Source: an uncultured Bacilli bacterium (GTDB taxonomy: Bacteria; Bacillota_I; Bacilli_A; RF39; UBA660). Taken from it: a stretch of 64,000 nucleotides of DNA. A program made the position numbers and the translations under genes. The stretch is from positions 7,372-71,371 of the forward strand of contig CANQYK010000001.1 of the NCBI GenBank assembly GCA_947628065.1, in the 5' to 3' direction. The notes under the pieces are model-generated. The model was given only the letters and a program-made list of their open reading frames with translations, was not told where the DNA came from and searched no databases. Below are positions 17,632-27,705 of this stretch, piece after piece (the first letter of the stretch is position 1; the number at the start of each line of letters is the position of its first letter).

Positions 17632-19206
17632 TTACGACTCTTTTTTTTGTAGGACTACATTCATCTTTTGATCAAGAAAAATTCTTTTGTCCATCTCTTT
17701 TAAATTCTTACTAATTTTAGGACGAAATGCCATATGGGATAGAATATCTTTTTCTAAATCAATACCTGGTGCAATTTCGATTAGTTCAATTCCATCATCT
17801 ACAAGACCGAACACTGCACGCTCTGTAACATATAAGATTTCTTGTTTGTTTTTTCTTGCTTGTTTGGCAGAGAAAGTTATTTGTTCTACTGTATCAACAA
17901 ACTTACATTTCTTTCCTTCTTGAAGAATGGATAAAGCCCCATCTTTTACTAAGAATTTCTCATCTACTGTTGTAAAGGTTCCAATAAAGACAATCTTTTT
18001 GGTTGACTGCGTAATATTAATAAAACCACCTGGTCCTGTTACTCTTGTTCTAAATTTAGATACATTAACATTCCCCTCTTTATCTACTTCTGCAAGACCT
18101 AAAACTGCCATATTAAGGCATCCTCCATTATAAGCATCAAATTGAGAAGCAGTATCAATCACAGAATCCGGGTTAATACTAGCACCAAAAACAATACCAC
18201 CAATTGGTACTCCCCCTGTCGGACCAGACTCTACCGATAAATATAAGTCATCACTGCATCCTTCTTCTGCTGCGACTGCCGCTACAGAATCTGGCATTCC
18301 AACACCAAGGTTTACAACATCCCCCTTTTTTAGTTCAAAGAAAGCACGCCTTCCACAAACCTTTCTCTCATCAAGAGGCCTAGGTGGAATCTTTTCAAGT
18401 TCGATTCTTTTATCCCCTGTTACTTCAGGACGATAAAAAGGAATATTATATTCACCCAATGAAGCATCTGGTTCTGCTACTAAAACATAATCAACGTACG
18501 ATGAATGAATTAATACATCCCGTGCTCGAATACTTTTTCTTGGTACAATTTTTTCAACTTGGGCAATTACAATACCACCAGAATTATGAGCTGCAATTGC
18601 CATATTATATTGTTCCCCAATTACTCCTTCATGTTCCAAAGATAAATTCCCATCCTCATCCGCATACGTTGCTTTAATAACAGCAACTTGAATGGGAAAA
18701 CTCTTATATAAAAGTTGTTCTTTTCCATCAATGGTAAGAAGCGATACAATGTCTTCTTCCTCTTTCGTGACTTCATTCGCCCTACATCCACCATATCTAG
18801 GATCTGCAAAAGTATTAAGACCAATGTGTGTTAAAACTCCAATCTCTCCCCCTGCAATGGCACGATATAAATGATTGATAACACCAAGAGGAACCGCAAA
18901 GGCTTTTATTTTATTTTCACCAATTTTATTTCCAAAAATTTTTCCCATTCCAAGATGCGCACATATAGCGTATGATACCAACCCATCTTTCGCAAGCATA
19001 TTCATTCCAACATCATCATCCGTTAAATTACCTGGACTAATCCCACATGTTACTTTTAAATCCCTCGGATGCCCGGTTTCTAAAAAAGAATTCATAATGC
19101 CTTTTAAAATGGCTTCACAAGATCCACTTCCTCCACTTCCAGAGATTGCTACCATATCTTGATCATGAATTAAATTTCTTAAATCTTTTTCTGTAATAAT
19201 TTTCAT
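17632..19206 (-). CDS. family I acyl-CoA:carboxylate CoA-transferase (Pct/YdiF-like)
   Basis: Over the N-terminal roughly 150 aa the sequence is collinear with my recollection of propionate CoA-transferase (DMVAISGSGGSG..., LETGHPRDL, GLNTFADPRYGG). The protein is 524 aa. Confidence 0.7.
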   Translation of the reverse strand: MKIITEKDLRNLIHDQDMVAISGSGGSGSCEAILKGIMNSFLETGHPRDLKVTCGISPGNLTDDDVGMNMLAKDGLVSYAICAHLGMGKIFGNKIGENKIKAFAVPLGVINHLYRAIAGGEIGVLTHIGLNTFADPRYGGCRANEVTKEEEDIVSLLTIDGKEQLLYKSFPIQVAVIKATYADEDGNLSLEHEGVIGEQYNMAIAAHNSGGIVIAQVEKIVPRKSIRARDVLIHSSYVDYVLVAEPDASLGEYNIPFYRPEVTGDKRIELEKIPPRPLDERKVCGRRAFFELKKGDVVNLGVGMPDSVAAVAAEEGCSDDLYLSVESGPTGGVPIGGIVFGASINPDSVIDTASQFDAYNGGCLNMAVLGLAEVDKEGNVNVSKFRTRVTGPGGFINITQSTKKIVFIGTFTTVDEKFLVKDGALSILQEGKKCKFVDTVEQITFSAKQARKNKQEILYVTERAVFGLVDDGIELIEIAPGIDLEKDILSHMAFRPKISKNLKEMDKRIFLDQKMNVVLQKKES

Positions 19207-19262
19207 ACTTCACCATCCTAATTAAATTATACCAAGAAAAAAGCGATATCGTCAAATATCAC

Positions 19263-20501
19263 TTAAGCTTTTTTCTTTTTATAAATTGTACTATCTAGAA
19301 TAAGCTTTAATACAACGGAGAAGATAATTGTTAACAACACCGTTGGAATAAAGACAATCCAGAAAGAATAAATTGTTGCTTTTGTATTTTCTCCAAGCAT
19401 CCGAAGTACAAGAATTGCAATTGGATAATGAAGCATATAAATATAAAGTGATAAGCTTCCCAAACATTCTAGTAGTTTATTGGTTACTTTATTGTTTAAT
19501 GCTTTTGTTAAGGCATCTTTGTTTAAAAGCGATAGACCAATGACTAAGATACAAAGTAGTGCAACGGTCCAACGATCAAGATTAAACCAGGTTGGTTGAT
19601 ATACGGTGTACCAAATCAATAGTATGGCAGATACTAGATTAAGAATGGTTAATAAAGTTTCACCAAAATATGTAAATTCATGATCTTTGATTTTTTGAAT
19701 CAAATAGTATAAAAGCATACCACCAAGCATTCCTAACATAACATACAAAAGTCCATTGTTAAATCCAATAAAGGCCGTCGCATCTGTTGCAGATCCTCCC
19801 ATACCATTGGTAGATGCTGTTTGAAGTCCTAGTGTAGACCATGCAGTTTGTGCTGCTCTTGTTCCAGTAAAAGCCCACCATCCACTTAAGAAAACAAAAA
19901 TAAATGGTGCGATAATACCAGCCATGAAATCTTCATTTTTACAAAGTCCCCAATATAGGAAATATCCAACAATAATAATAGCTGAAATAAACCAAAGAGT
20001 TCCATTTAAATTAAAGAATTCACCACCAGCGCTACGAAGTCCAACCGAATGGAAACCTAAAAATTCCCAAGCACTATTAATAATCATACTGCATACTTGT
20101 TGGAAACTATAATCTGGATAAAAGAATTTGGTAGAAATAATAACACCTAATACATATCCGATGATTAAAACTGGCATTAATCCTTTGATTCGTGACCAAG
20201 TATATTCACACGCTCTAGAACTTGCACTCCTTTCTAAATATTTTTTGTCTTGGCTTCTTTTCTTGAAGTGCGATACCATAAAATATCCAGCAGTTAATGT
20301 AAAGATTAATAGCACTTCACTAGATCCAAAAAACCAATTTGATGTTTCCATATAAAATCCATTTTTACCATTGCAACTTCTTGCAATAATCCAACCAGTA
20401 TGGAAACCAATAATAGCAATTGCGATTAAAAATCGCCAAAACTCAATTGCAACATTTTTCTCTTTTGCAACTTCTTTCTTTGCCTTTGGCAAGATGAACA
20501 C
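19263..20501 (-). CDS. integral-membrane acyltransferase (acyltransferase_3-like)
   Basis: This polytopic 412-aa protein has about 10 hydrophobic segments. The N-terminus EFWRFLIAIAIIGFHTG resembles the acyltransferase-3 family. Confidence 0.5.
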   Translation of the reverse strand: MFILPKAKKEVAKEKNVAIEFWRFLIAIAIIGFHTGWIIARSCNGKNGFYMETSNWFFGSSEVLLIFTLTAGYFMVSHFKKRSQDKKYLERSASSRACEYTWSRIKGLMPVLIIGYVLGVIISTKFFYPDYSFQQVCSMIINSAWEFLGFHSVGLRSAGGEFFNLNGTLWFISAIIIVGYFLYWGLCKNEDFMAGIIAPFIFVFLSGWWAFTGTRAAQTAWSTLGLQTASTNGMGGSATDATAFIGFNNGLLYVMLGMLGGMLLYYLIQKIKDHEFTYFGETLLTILNLVSAILLIWYTVYQPTWFNLDRWTVALLCILVIGLSLLNKDALTKALNNKVTNKLLECLGSLSLYIYMLHYPIAILVLRMLGENTKATIYSFWIVFIPTVLLTIIFSVVLKLILDSTIYKKKKA

Positions 20502-20700
20502 TCCTTTCTCACATAGCCTTCCCCTATGCTACGATATCATTATATCACCGAAAGAATAATAATGTCAATTTTGTTTTTATTCTAACTTAAAATCAATGTA
20601 TAATAAGCCAAATCAATACCATACTATATAGTGTAAAAAAAATACATTTGTGTTGCAAAAAAACTACAAAGGAGATATAATTGATATGGAAGTGAGGCTT

Positions 20701-21804
20701 ATGTTAAAAAGATTTAGTGTTAAAAATTTCAAAAATTTTAAAGAACGAATTGTTTTAGATTTTTCCAAAATAAGAGAATATGGATTCAATCAATACTTAA
20801 TAAAAAATAATTTGGTAAATAAAATGCTTATTTATGGACCAAACAATTCTGGAAAAAGTAACTTAGGTGCAGCCATCATGGATATTACAACACATCTTAC
20901 GGATAATGTGGGAACAAATAATATCTTATATGCTTATTATTTGAATGGTGATTATATGGATGAAGTTGTTGAATTTAAATATGAATTTTTATTTCATGAG
21001 AAGGAAATTACTTATTTGTATAAAAAAGATGCACAAGCAAAATTGCTTTCTGAAGAATTATACGAAAACGAGAAATTATTGTTTCAATATAATTATAAAA
21101 CAAATAAATTTGATAATAATATCAAAGAAGCTCAAACCATTGATATTTTAAAAAGGACAAATAAAGAAATGTCAGTATTAAAATTCATATATAATAATAC
21201 CTTATATTGGCCGGAGGATAGTTCAATTAAAGTTTTTATAGAATTTGTTAATAATATGTTATGGTTTCGAAGCCTAAAATCAAATGAATTTATGGGGGTA
21301 ATGGCAACCAAAGAAAATATGAACGATTTTATTATTAATAATGGATTACTAAAGGCATTTGAAAAATTTCTAAAAGAATGTGGACAAAATTATAATTTAT
21401 GTGAAATAAATGATCTTGGTAAAAAAGTAATTGGAGTTAAATATAAAAATTATACTGCAAGATTTGATATTGTTGCTTCCACTGGGACAAAATCCCTATG
21501 GCTTTTCTTTTATTGGATGAATCGAACCAATAATATATCATTTATATATTTAGATGAATTTGATGCGTTTTACCATTATGAATTATCCGCATACATACTA
21601 AAATATTTAAACAATAGAACAGAATTTCAAACAGTAATAACATCACATAACACATTCTTAATAACCAATGATTTAATGAGACCCGATTGTTATTGCATAT
21701 TGAAAAATGGTAAGATTACTAGTTTTGCCGATAGTACCTCAAAAACGATTCGACAAGCTCACAACTTAGAAAAAATGATGTTAGGAGGAGAATTTGAGAA
21801 GTAA
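20701..21804 (+). CDS. AAA/ABC-type ATPase (AAA_15/21-like), first gene of an AbiL/PARIS-like pair
   Basis: The N-terminus is MLKRFSVKNFKNF. Walker A is YGPNNSGKSNL, Walker B is IYLDEFDAFYH, and the H-loop is ITSHN. The start is placed at ATG 20701. Confidence 0.7.
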   Translation: MLKRFSVKNFKNFKERIVLDFSKIREYGFNQYLIKNNLVNKMLIYGPNNSGKSNLGAAIMDITTHLTDNVGTNNILYAYYLNGDYMDEVVEFKYEFLFHEKEITYLYKKDAQAKLLSEELYENEKLLFQYNYKTNKFDNNIKEAQTIDILKRTNKEMSVLKFIYNNTLYWPEDSSIKVFIEFVNNMLWFRSLKSNEFMGVMATKENMNDFIINNGLLKAFEKFLKECGQNYNLCEINDLGKKVIGVKYKNYTARFDIVASTGTKSLWLFFYWMNRTNNISFIYLDEFDAFYHYELSAYILKYLNNRTEFQTVITSHNTFLITNDLMRPDCYCILKNGKITSFADSTSKTIRQAHNLEKMMLGGEFEK

Positions 21805-22555
21805 AATTTTATTAATTGTAGAAGGAAAAAAAGATGAACCAAGAATATTAGGAAATGAAAGTCATGGACTATTATCTCTTATTGGTGGAAATTATGAAAT
21901 AGTACCATTTTCAAATCCAATTTATGAATTATATGATGCATATATTAATGGTGAATATGATGATTTGGTTGCTTATTTAAGATGTGAAAAAGGTTTAAAA
22001 ATTGCAGAAGAAACATTGTCTAAAAGTGCTTTTAGTGCTATTTATTTGGTATTTGATTATGAACCACAAGATCATAAATATTCCGATAAGAAAATTAAAA
22101 AATTATTGTCTATTTTTGATAACGAAACAGAATTAGGAAAACTCTATATTAATTATCCTATGGTAGAAGCATATTATCATCTTTATTCTTTGCCAGATCC
22201 TAAATATTATAATAGAACAATTTCGTTAAAAAATTTAAATGGAAAGAAATATAAAAAATTGGTTAATGAAACTACATGTTTGCGGAAAAATAAAATAACA
22301 AAAAAAGATTTATGCTATATAATCATGCACAATTATAAGAAAGCGCAAAAAATTACAAAATCGAAAAATCTAACTGTAAATCATAATAAAATATTAGATG
22401 CACAATTAAAATTAAAAAAGGAAAAGAATGAAATTTATGTTTTAAGTACTTTCCCACTTATTACAATAGACTATAATTATGAAAAGACAATAGAGATATT
22501 AAAATTTAAATTAAAAGAAGATTTTACAGACTATAAAAAAATGAAAAATTCTTAA
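21794..22555 (+). CDS. RloB-like / TOPRIM-like protein, second gene of the pair
   Basis: A TTG start overlaps the ATPase stop and follows TAGGAGGAG. ILLIVEGKKDEP resembles the TOPRIM Glu motif. LVFDYEPQD is DxD-like, and YINYPMVEAYYHL resembles the RloB SNPCFELWLLLH motif. Confidence 0.55.
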   Translation: MRSKILLIVEGKKDEPRILGNESHGLLSLIGGNYEIVPFSNPIYELYDAYINGEYDDLVAYLRCEKGLKIAEETLSKSAFSAIYLVFDYEPQDHKYSDKKIKKLLSIFDNETELGKLYINYPMVEAYYHLYSLPDPKYYNRTISLKNLNGKKYKKLVNETTCLRKNKITKKDLCYIIMHNYKKAQKITKSKNLTVNHNKILDAQLKLKKEKNEIYVLSTFPLITIDYNYEKTIEILKFKLKEDFTDYKKMKNS

Positions 22556-22574
22556 CTAAAAAAATGAAACTATG

Positions 22575-23189
22575 TTACAATGTTTCATTTTTAATTTTAG
22601 AATACATACACCCACAGTAATTTTGTCTGTAAAGATTATACTTTTTTGCTAATATAATACTTCTTTTATATCCTTCTTTTTTCTTAAAATCACTATACAA
22701 ATAACGAACTTGATGGACTTCTTCTTCCTCTTTTCCAATTTCATTTAACCATTTGGCATTCTTATGGGGACTAATGGACAATGTTGTTGTAAAGTAGTCA
22801 AAATGATATTTTTTTGCTATTTCTGCTGTTTTCTTAAGTCTTAACTGATAACACAAATAGCACCTTTTTCCTCCTTCTTTTTCTTTTTCGAATCCTCTTG
22901 TTTCTTTCAAAAATTCTTCTTTCTCATAAGAACAAGGAAATAATTTTATTTGATACTTTGCTTCCTTTAAAAAGCGCTCTAATTCTTCTTTTCTTTTTTG
23001 ATATTCCTCCTCATCAGTAATATTTGGATTATAAAACAGAATCGTAATATCAAAAAAAGAAGAAAGACGCTCTAATACTGCACTTGAACAAGGCGCACAG
23101 CAAGCATGCAACAACAATTTTGGTTTGTCTTTCGTTTTTATTTGTTCTATTATTTGATCACATATTTTATCATAGTTCATATTTTTCAC
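22575..23189 (-). CDS. queH: epoxyqueuosine reductase QueH
   Basis: Motifs LLLHACCAPCSS, YNPNI, CYLCYQLRL, TTTLSISPHKN and QNYCGC form the DUF208/QueH signature. Confidence 0.85.
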   Translation of the reverse strand: MKNMNYDKICDQIIEQIKTKDKPKLLLHACCAPCSSAVLERLSSFFDITILFYNPNITDEEEYQKRKEELERFLKEAKYQIKLFPCSYEKEEFLKETRGFEKEKEGGKRCYLCYQLRLKKTAEIAKKYHFDYFTTTLSISPHKNAKWLNEIGKEEEEVHQVRYLYSDFKKKEGYKRSIILAKKYNLYRQNYCGCMYSKIKNETL

Positions 23190-23677
23190 CTAATCTTTAA
23201 TCTTTTTTGTTTGCATCGCTCTTTTTCTATTTTTTTTGCTATTTCTTCATAGTTATCTTTATGTGTTTCATAAAATTCTTCTAAATAGTCTTTATTTTCC
23301 ATACAAAAGGAAATCCCTTCCTGATAATTTTTTATAATTTCTCTTTGTTTTTCTTTTTTGATTGGTTGATAAAATTCATCTTTTAATTCTACATAACAGT
23401 TATCGAAATAAAAAAAGAAAATAGGAAGATGAATCGTTTGATCAAAACTTTCTAAGGTGTGTTTATTCAAACATTGAAAAAAAATTTTATTGGTAATATC
23501 AAATAAGAATTCTTCTTCCATCGAAAAAAAATAATTCATAACATGATTCATTCCACCACGATATGCATCCTTATAAAATTTTGCTAAAAATAACCATATT
23601 TCATTCAAATTATCGTCTTTTTTACAAGGAGAATATCTTGTAAAAACCTTCATAGAAAAGCGAGGAAATACATCCAT
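23186..23677 (-). CDS. hypothetical protein; possibly the 3' part of a frameshifted gene
   Basis: This 163-aa ORF overlaps 23650..24000 by 28 nt in another frame. I recognise no family. Confidence 0.35.
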   Translation of the reverse strand: MDVFPRFSMKVFTRYSPCKKDDNLNEIWLFLAKFYKDAYRGGMNHVMNYFFSMEEEFLFDITNKIFFQCLNKHTLESFDQTIHLPIFFFYFDNCYVELKDEFYQPIKKEKQREIIKNYQEGISFCMENKDYLEEFYETHKDNYEEIAKKIEKERCKQKRLKIR

Positions 23678-24000
23678 TGCAAGCGATGCTTCGTTTCTCT
23701 ACAAACACCAAAAGAAGAAATTACTGACATTCCTTGCAAAAAGGTAGGTAAAACAATTTGTTTTTTCCCATTGTACTCATATTTATGCTGATCGGATAAA
23801 TAACCATTTTCTAACATATAAGTAAAAATACCGACTTGCATACTTAACTTATTTGAAACACTATTTAAAACATCAGATAAATCCTTAGTTATGGCAGCAT
23901 ATTTTTCATAATAAGAAGAATTCTTTAATTCACATAATGATTTATAATAAAGAGCAATTAGCCTTTTTTCTTTCGTTTGTGGAATTGTTATCATTTTCAC
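23650..24000 (-). CDS. hypothetical protein; possibly the 5' part of a frameshifted gene
   Basis: This 116-aa ORF overlaps the tcdA 3' end by 59 nt and runs into 23186..23677. Confidence 0.3.
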   Translation of the reverse strand: MKMITIPQTKEKRLIALYYKSLCELKNSSYYEKYAAITKDLSDVLNSVSNKLSMQVGIFTYMLENGYLSDQHKYEYNGKKQIVLPTFLQGMSVISSFGVCRETKHRLQWMYFLAFL

Positions 24001-24676
24001 CCTCCAATAAATCGCTTATCACTTTACTTGCTATTAATAATCCTGCACTACCAGGAACAAAAATAGAGGAAGCAATTTCTTTTCCATCGCTTTTCTTCGG
24101 AAGTTCTAAAGAAGTACAAACAACTATTTTTTTCCCTTTTTCTTTTAATTTTCTTCTTAATATTCGAGCAAGTGGATCCCCTCGTGTTTTATCAAGCGTT
24201 GTAATAAGTAGCTTGCTAGGATCTATCCTCTTTCCTGTTCCCATACAAGAAATGAAAGGAATAGAATTAGTAAGACAATAAGACATAATACCTTCTTTTA
24301 CCAAAATATCATCACAAGCATCTACAACATAAGATACTTCTTTGGAAAGATAAGAAGAAAGATTTTCTTTCGTTAATTTTATAGGATAACAAATAACATT
24401 ACAATTCTTATTAATATCTTGAATTCTCTTTTTAAAAGCTTCTGTTTTTAACATTCCAAGAGTCGAATCCATCGCAATAATCTGTCGATTACAATTGGAT
24501 AATTCTACTTTATCATAATCAATTAAAATAAGATTTAAAATATTACATCTTACAAGAGCTTCTATTACATATCCACCTACGCCACCACAACCAACAACTA
24601 CTATGGTATGCTTTTTAATAGAAGACACTTGTTTTTTTCCTACTAATTTTTCAAAACGATCAAATTTTTCCATCAC
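23942..24676 (-). CDS. tcdA: tRNA threonylcarbamoyladenosine dehydratase (ThiF/E1-like)
   Basis: The sequence VVGCGGVGGYVIEALVRCNILNLILIDYDKVELSNCNRQ shows a Rossmann GxGxxG motif plus NRQ. The 244-aa length fits. Confidence 0.75.
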   Translation of the reverse strand: MMEKFDRFEKLVGKKQVSSIKKHTIVVVGCGGVGGYVIEALVRCNILNLILIDYDKVELSNCNRQIIAMDSTLGMLKTEAFKKRIQDINKNCNVICYPIKLTKENLSSYLSKEVSYVVDACDDILVKEGIMSYCLTNSIPFISCMGTGKRIDPSKLLITTLDKTRGDPLARILRRKLKEKGKKIVVCTSLELPKKSDGKEIASSIFVPGSAGLLIASKVISDLLEGENDNNSTNERKKANCSLL

Positions 24677-25488
24677 ATAACATCCTTATAATATACTTTA
24701 GGTACATTATTTTCTTTTGTAAACATTGGTAAATAAAGAGGCTCATCCAAAATATTTTCCTTAACGCTAGAAAGGAGGAGAAAACAAGATGCATTTTCTT
24801 CACATTGTTTCATATAATGGACTAAACTATTTTTAATCTTAATATTAGATATTTCAAAAGAAGAAGCAATTGTTTCCAAGTCTTTATAATTTCGAATACT
24901 ATCTTCGATTGCTTCTATTTTTAAAGTATTAAAAAACTCAACAAAGGATAGTGTAAGACCTAAATTCTCTTTCTTTAACAAAGAGAAAAAATGTTCTTTG
25001 TTAAAACTATTTTCTTTTAATTCCCCTATTTTTTTAGCTATATCGCGATTCATAAGAGACAACATCCCACAATCCATTAAAGAGATAACCTTTGGTTTAT
25101 TTTGTCCATTTTTTTGATACCGTAAATCATTAACAAGAGAGCCATATAAATAATCAATAGCAGCATTTTCCATAACAGGTGGTACTGGTATTGTATAAAC
25201 ATCATAAAAATCAGTATTTGGATAATTATAACTTGTAATTTTGATCTCTTCTACATTTTCATAGGCAGCTTGCTTTCGAATCATAGAAGTTAGTTCCTTG
25301 GGAAAATTATTATAATAAGAGTCTTCCACTGGAAAAGAATACTTAGTTTTCCCTATTTCAATACTACCAGCTTCTTTTTTTCGATTTTCCGGTTTTAAAA
25401 CTTTTTCTTCTTTTTTCATATGTTTAAAAGAAAGCAATAAATCATATGAGATATCATCAACAACAAAAGGTAATACTACCATAAACAT
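24673..25488 (-). CDS. hypothetical protein
   Basis: This 271-aa ORF is translationally coupled to tcdA by a 4-nt overlap. I recognise no motifs. Confidence 0.45.
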   Translation of the reverse strand: MFMVVLPFVVDDISYDLLLSFKHMKKEEKVLKPENRKKEAGSIEIGKTKYSFPVEDSYYNNFPKELTSMIRKQAAYENVEEIKITSYNYPNTDFYDVYTIPVPPVMENAAIDYLYGSLVNDLRYQKNGQNKPKVISLMDCGMLSLMNRDIAKKIGELKENSFNKEHFFSLLKKENLGLTLSFVEFFNTLKIEAIEDSIRNYKDLETIASSFEISNIKIKNSLVHYMKQCEENASCFLLLSSVKENILDEPLYLPMFTKENNVPKVYYKDVM

Positions 25489-25587
25489 CCTCCTTTCGTT
25501 AGGAAGAGTAGTATATCATATTTTTTAGAAAAAAACAAGGTTTTCTTTCTCATTTTTTTTTGTTATGATGATACTAGAGGTGATTTT

Positions 25588-26280
25588 ATGTTAACAAAAG
25601 AAAAAACAATAAAAATAATCAAAGCTTGTCTTGTTTTCGTTATTTTTTTCCTATCGGGCCATATACAAGGTATCCTTGCATTGCTTCTTCATATTAATGT
25701 TAAGAAAATAACTGGATTTGAAAGCATTTTATTAACTTTTTTAGCTGATATAATTATTATTTTTCTAATTGTTCTTATCTATTTTGAAGACTTAAAAAAA
25801 GAATGGAAAAATTACAAAAAAAATTTTTCTACCTGTTTTGATACCGGTCTAAAATATTGGTTAATAGGTCTTTTCATTATGATCGTATCCAATATATTAA
25901 TTAGTAATTTTACCAACCTTGCAACAAGTGAAAATGAAACTGCTGTACAATCGTTAATTTCAGCATCTCCCCTTTTCATGATTTTAGTAGCAGGTATTTT
26001 AGCACCTTTCGTAGAAGAGATAACATTTCGAAAAAACTTTCAAGAAATTTTCTCCAATAAATGGGTTGCAGCAATAGTTTCTTTTTTGGTTTTTGGATTC
26101 ATTCATGTGGCAGGTGCCAAAAATCCACTAGAATATCTTTATATCATACCATATGGAGCCCTAGGATTTTTCTTCTCTCTTTCTTATAGTGAAACAAAAA
26201 CAGTTTTTACATCTTATACTATGCATGCACTTCATAACAGCATTCTCATTATACTACCTATCGTAATAGCAAGAGTTTAA
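25588..26280 (+). CDS. CPBP-family intramembrane glutamic endopeptidase (CAAX protease-like)
   Basis: The polytopic protein has the motifs PFVEEITFR, FGFIHV and MHALHN. Confidence 0.8.
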   Translation: MLTKEKTIKIIKACLVFVIFFLSGHIQGILALLLHINVKKITGFESILLTFLADIIIIFLIVLIYFEDLKKEWKNYKKNFSTCFDTGLKYWLIGLFIMIVSNILISNFTNLATSENETAVQSLISASPLFMILVAGILAPFVEEITFRKNFQEIFSNKWVAAIVSFLVFGFIHVAGAKNPLEYLYIIPYGALGFFFSLSYSETKTVFTSYTMHALHNSILIILPIVIARV

Positions 26281-26292
26281 ACTCTTTTTTTT
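26271..26292 (+). terminator. intrinsic terminator
   Basis: The hairpin AAGAGTTTAAACTCTT is followed by T8 and overlaps the stop codon. Confidence 0.55.
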
Positions 26293-26334
26293 CATATTTC
26301 TTTTTTTTAAAAGTATACTTTACTAGGTGATCAT

Positions 26335-27684
26335 ATGAAAAAAATAATCGTTTGTTTTTTCTTTCTTCTTTTTATAATAAGTTGTTTTGTTAGTATGACG
26401 TACTACAAAGAAAATAGAAAAACAAGTATTTTAAAAGGATCCATTCTATCACAAAATCAAAAAGAAACAACCATACAAGATGAGAAAAATATTATTTATA
26501 CCATAAAAGAACAAATAGACGCTGAAGTTGGAGATTTTATTACAATGGAATATATGGAAAGAAAAAAGACAGCAAAAGAAATAGAAAAACAAGATATTGT
26601 AAAATATGAGATAACACCAGTCATTAGTCAAACTACAATAAAAGAAACTTTTCAAGATAATGGTATTTTTTCCAATTATTATACACTAGCCGAAGAAAAA
26701 TTAAAGACATTATCGCTTGATGAGAAAATTGATCAAATATTATTAGTAAGGTATCCAGAAGATGGTGTATCCATATTAAAAAAACATCAATTTGGAGGAT
26801 ATTTATTTTTTGAAAACGATTTTAAAGACAAAACGAGAGAACAAGTACAATCGATGATGTTAAGTCTACAGGAAAGTGTTAAAATACCTATTTTAACTGC
26901 AGTAGACGAAGAAGGTGGTAGTGTCGTTCGAATTAGTAGTAATAAAAATTTAAGAAAAGAAAAATTTAAATCGCCAAGTGAACTATACAAAGAAGGAAAA
27001 ATGGCAGCAATTGAATTTGATACTATTGAAAAAAGTGCTTTATTAAATGAATTAGGATTAAATGTTAATCTTGCTCCAGTTGTAGATGTGTCAACTGCAA
27101 AAGATGATTATATTTATGATCGAGCTTTAGGAGAAGATACCGAAACAACAAGTGAATATGCAAAAACAGTTATAAGAGCAAGCAAAGATATGAAAGTATC
27201 TTACGTTTTAAAACACTTTCCAGGATATGGAAATAATAAAGATTCACATGAAACAAAAGTAGAAGATACAAGGCCTTTTGAGGAAATAAAGAAAACAGAT
27301 CTACCACCTTTTGAAACGGGAATAAAAGAAGGAGCAGAAGCTATTTTAATAAATCACAACATCATTAAAAATATCGATGATAAAAATCCAGCATCTTTAT
27401 CTAGTAGTATTCATAATCTTTTAAGAAGCGATTTAGGTTTTACTGGTATTATTATAACGGATGATCTTGCAATGAATTCTCTAAATGATATTGAAAACAA
27501 AACAGTAAAAGCAGTGCAAGCGGGAAATGACTTGATTATAACAACAGATTATGATACCAGTGAAAAAGAAATAAAAGATGCAATTAATAACAAAACTATA
27601 AGTGAATCGACACTAGATAAGATGGTATTTCGTATTCTTGCATGGAAGTATTATAAAGGATTATTGTTTGATATAATAAAATAA
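26335..27684 (+). CDS. glycoside hydrolase family 3 beta-N-acetylhexosaminidase-like, membrane-anchored
   Basis: The protein has an N-terminal TM segment and the GH3 N-domain motifs AVDEEGG, NLAPVVDV and KHFPGYG. Confidence 0.75.
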   Translation: MKKIIVCFFFLLFIISCFVSMTYYKENRKTSILKGSILSQNQKETTIQDEKNIIYTIKEQIDAEVGDFITMEYMERKKTAKEIEKQDIVKYEITPVISQTTIKETFQDNGIFSNYYTLAEEKLKTLSLDEKIDQILLVRYPEDGVSILKKHQFGGYLFFENDFKDKTREQVQSMMLSLQESVKIPILTAVDEEGGSVVRISSNKNLRKEKFKSPSELYKEGKMAAIEFDTIEKSALLNELGLNVNLAPVVDVSTAKDDYIYDRALGEDTETTSEYAKTVIRASKDMKVSYVLKHFPGYGNNKDSHETKVEDTRPFEEIKKTDLPPFETGIKEGAEAILINHNIIKNIDDKNPASLSSSIHNLLRSDLGFTGIIITDDLAMNSLNDIENKTVKAVQAGNDLIITTDYDTSEKEIKDAINNKTISESTLDKMVFRILAWKYYKGLLFDIIK

Positions 27685-27705
27685 AAGCTGTATAAAACAG
27701 CTTTT
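27684..27705. terminator. bidirectional terminator between convergent genes
   Basis: AAAAGCTGT-ataaa-ACAGCTTTT lies between the GH3 stop and the stop of 27704..30616. Confidence 0.6.

Noticed and set aside
20945-21151. A 68-aa plus-strand ORF lies inside the ATPase gene.
   Set aside because: It is in an alternative frame of the well-supported ATPase ORF and has no independent signals.
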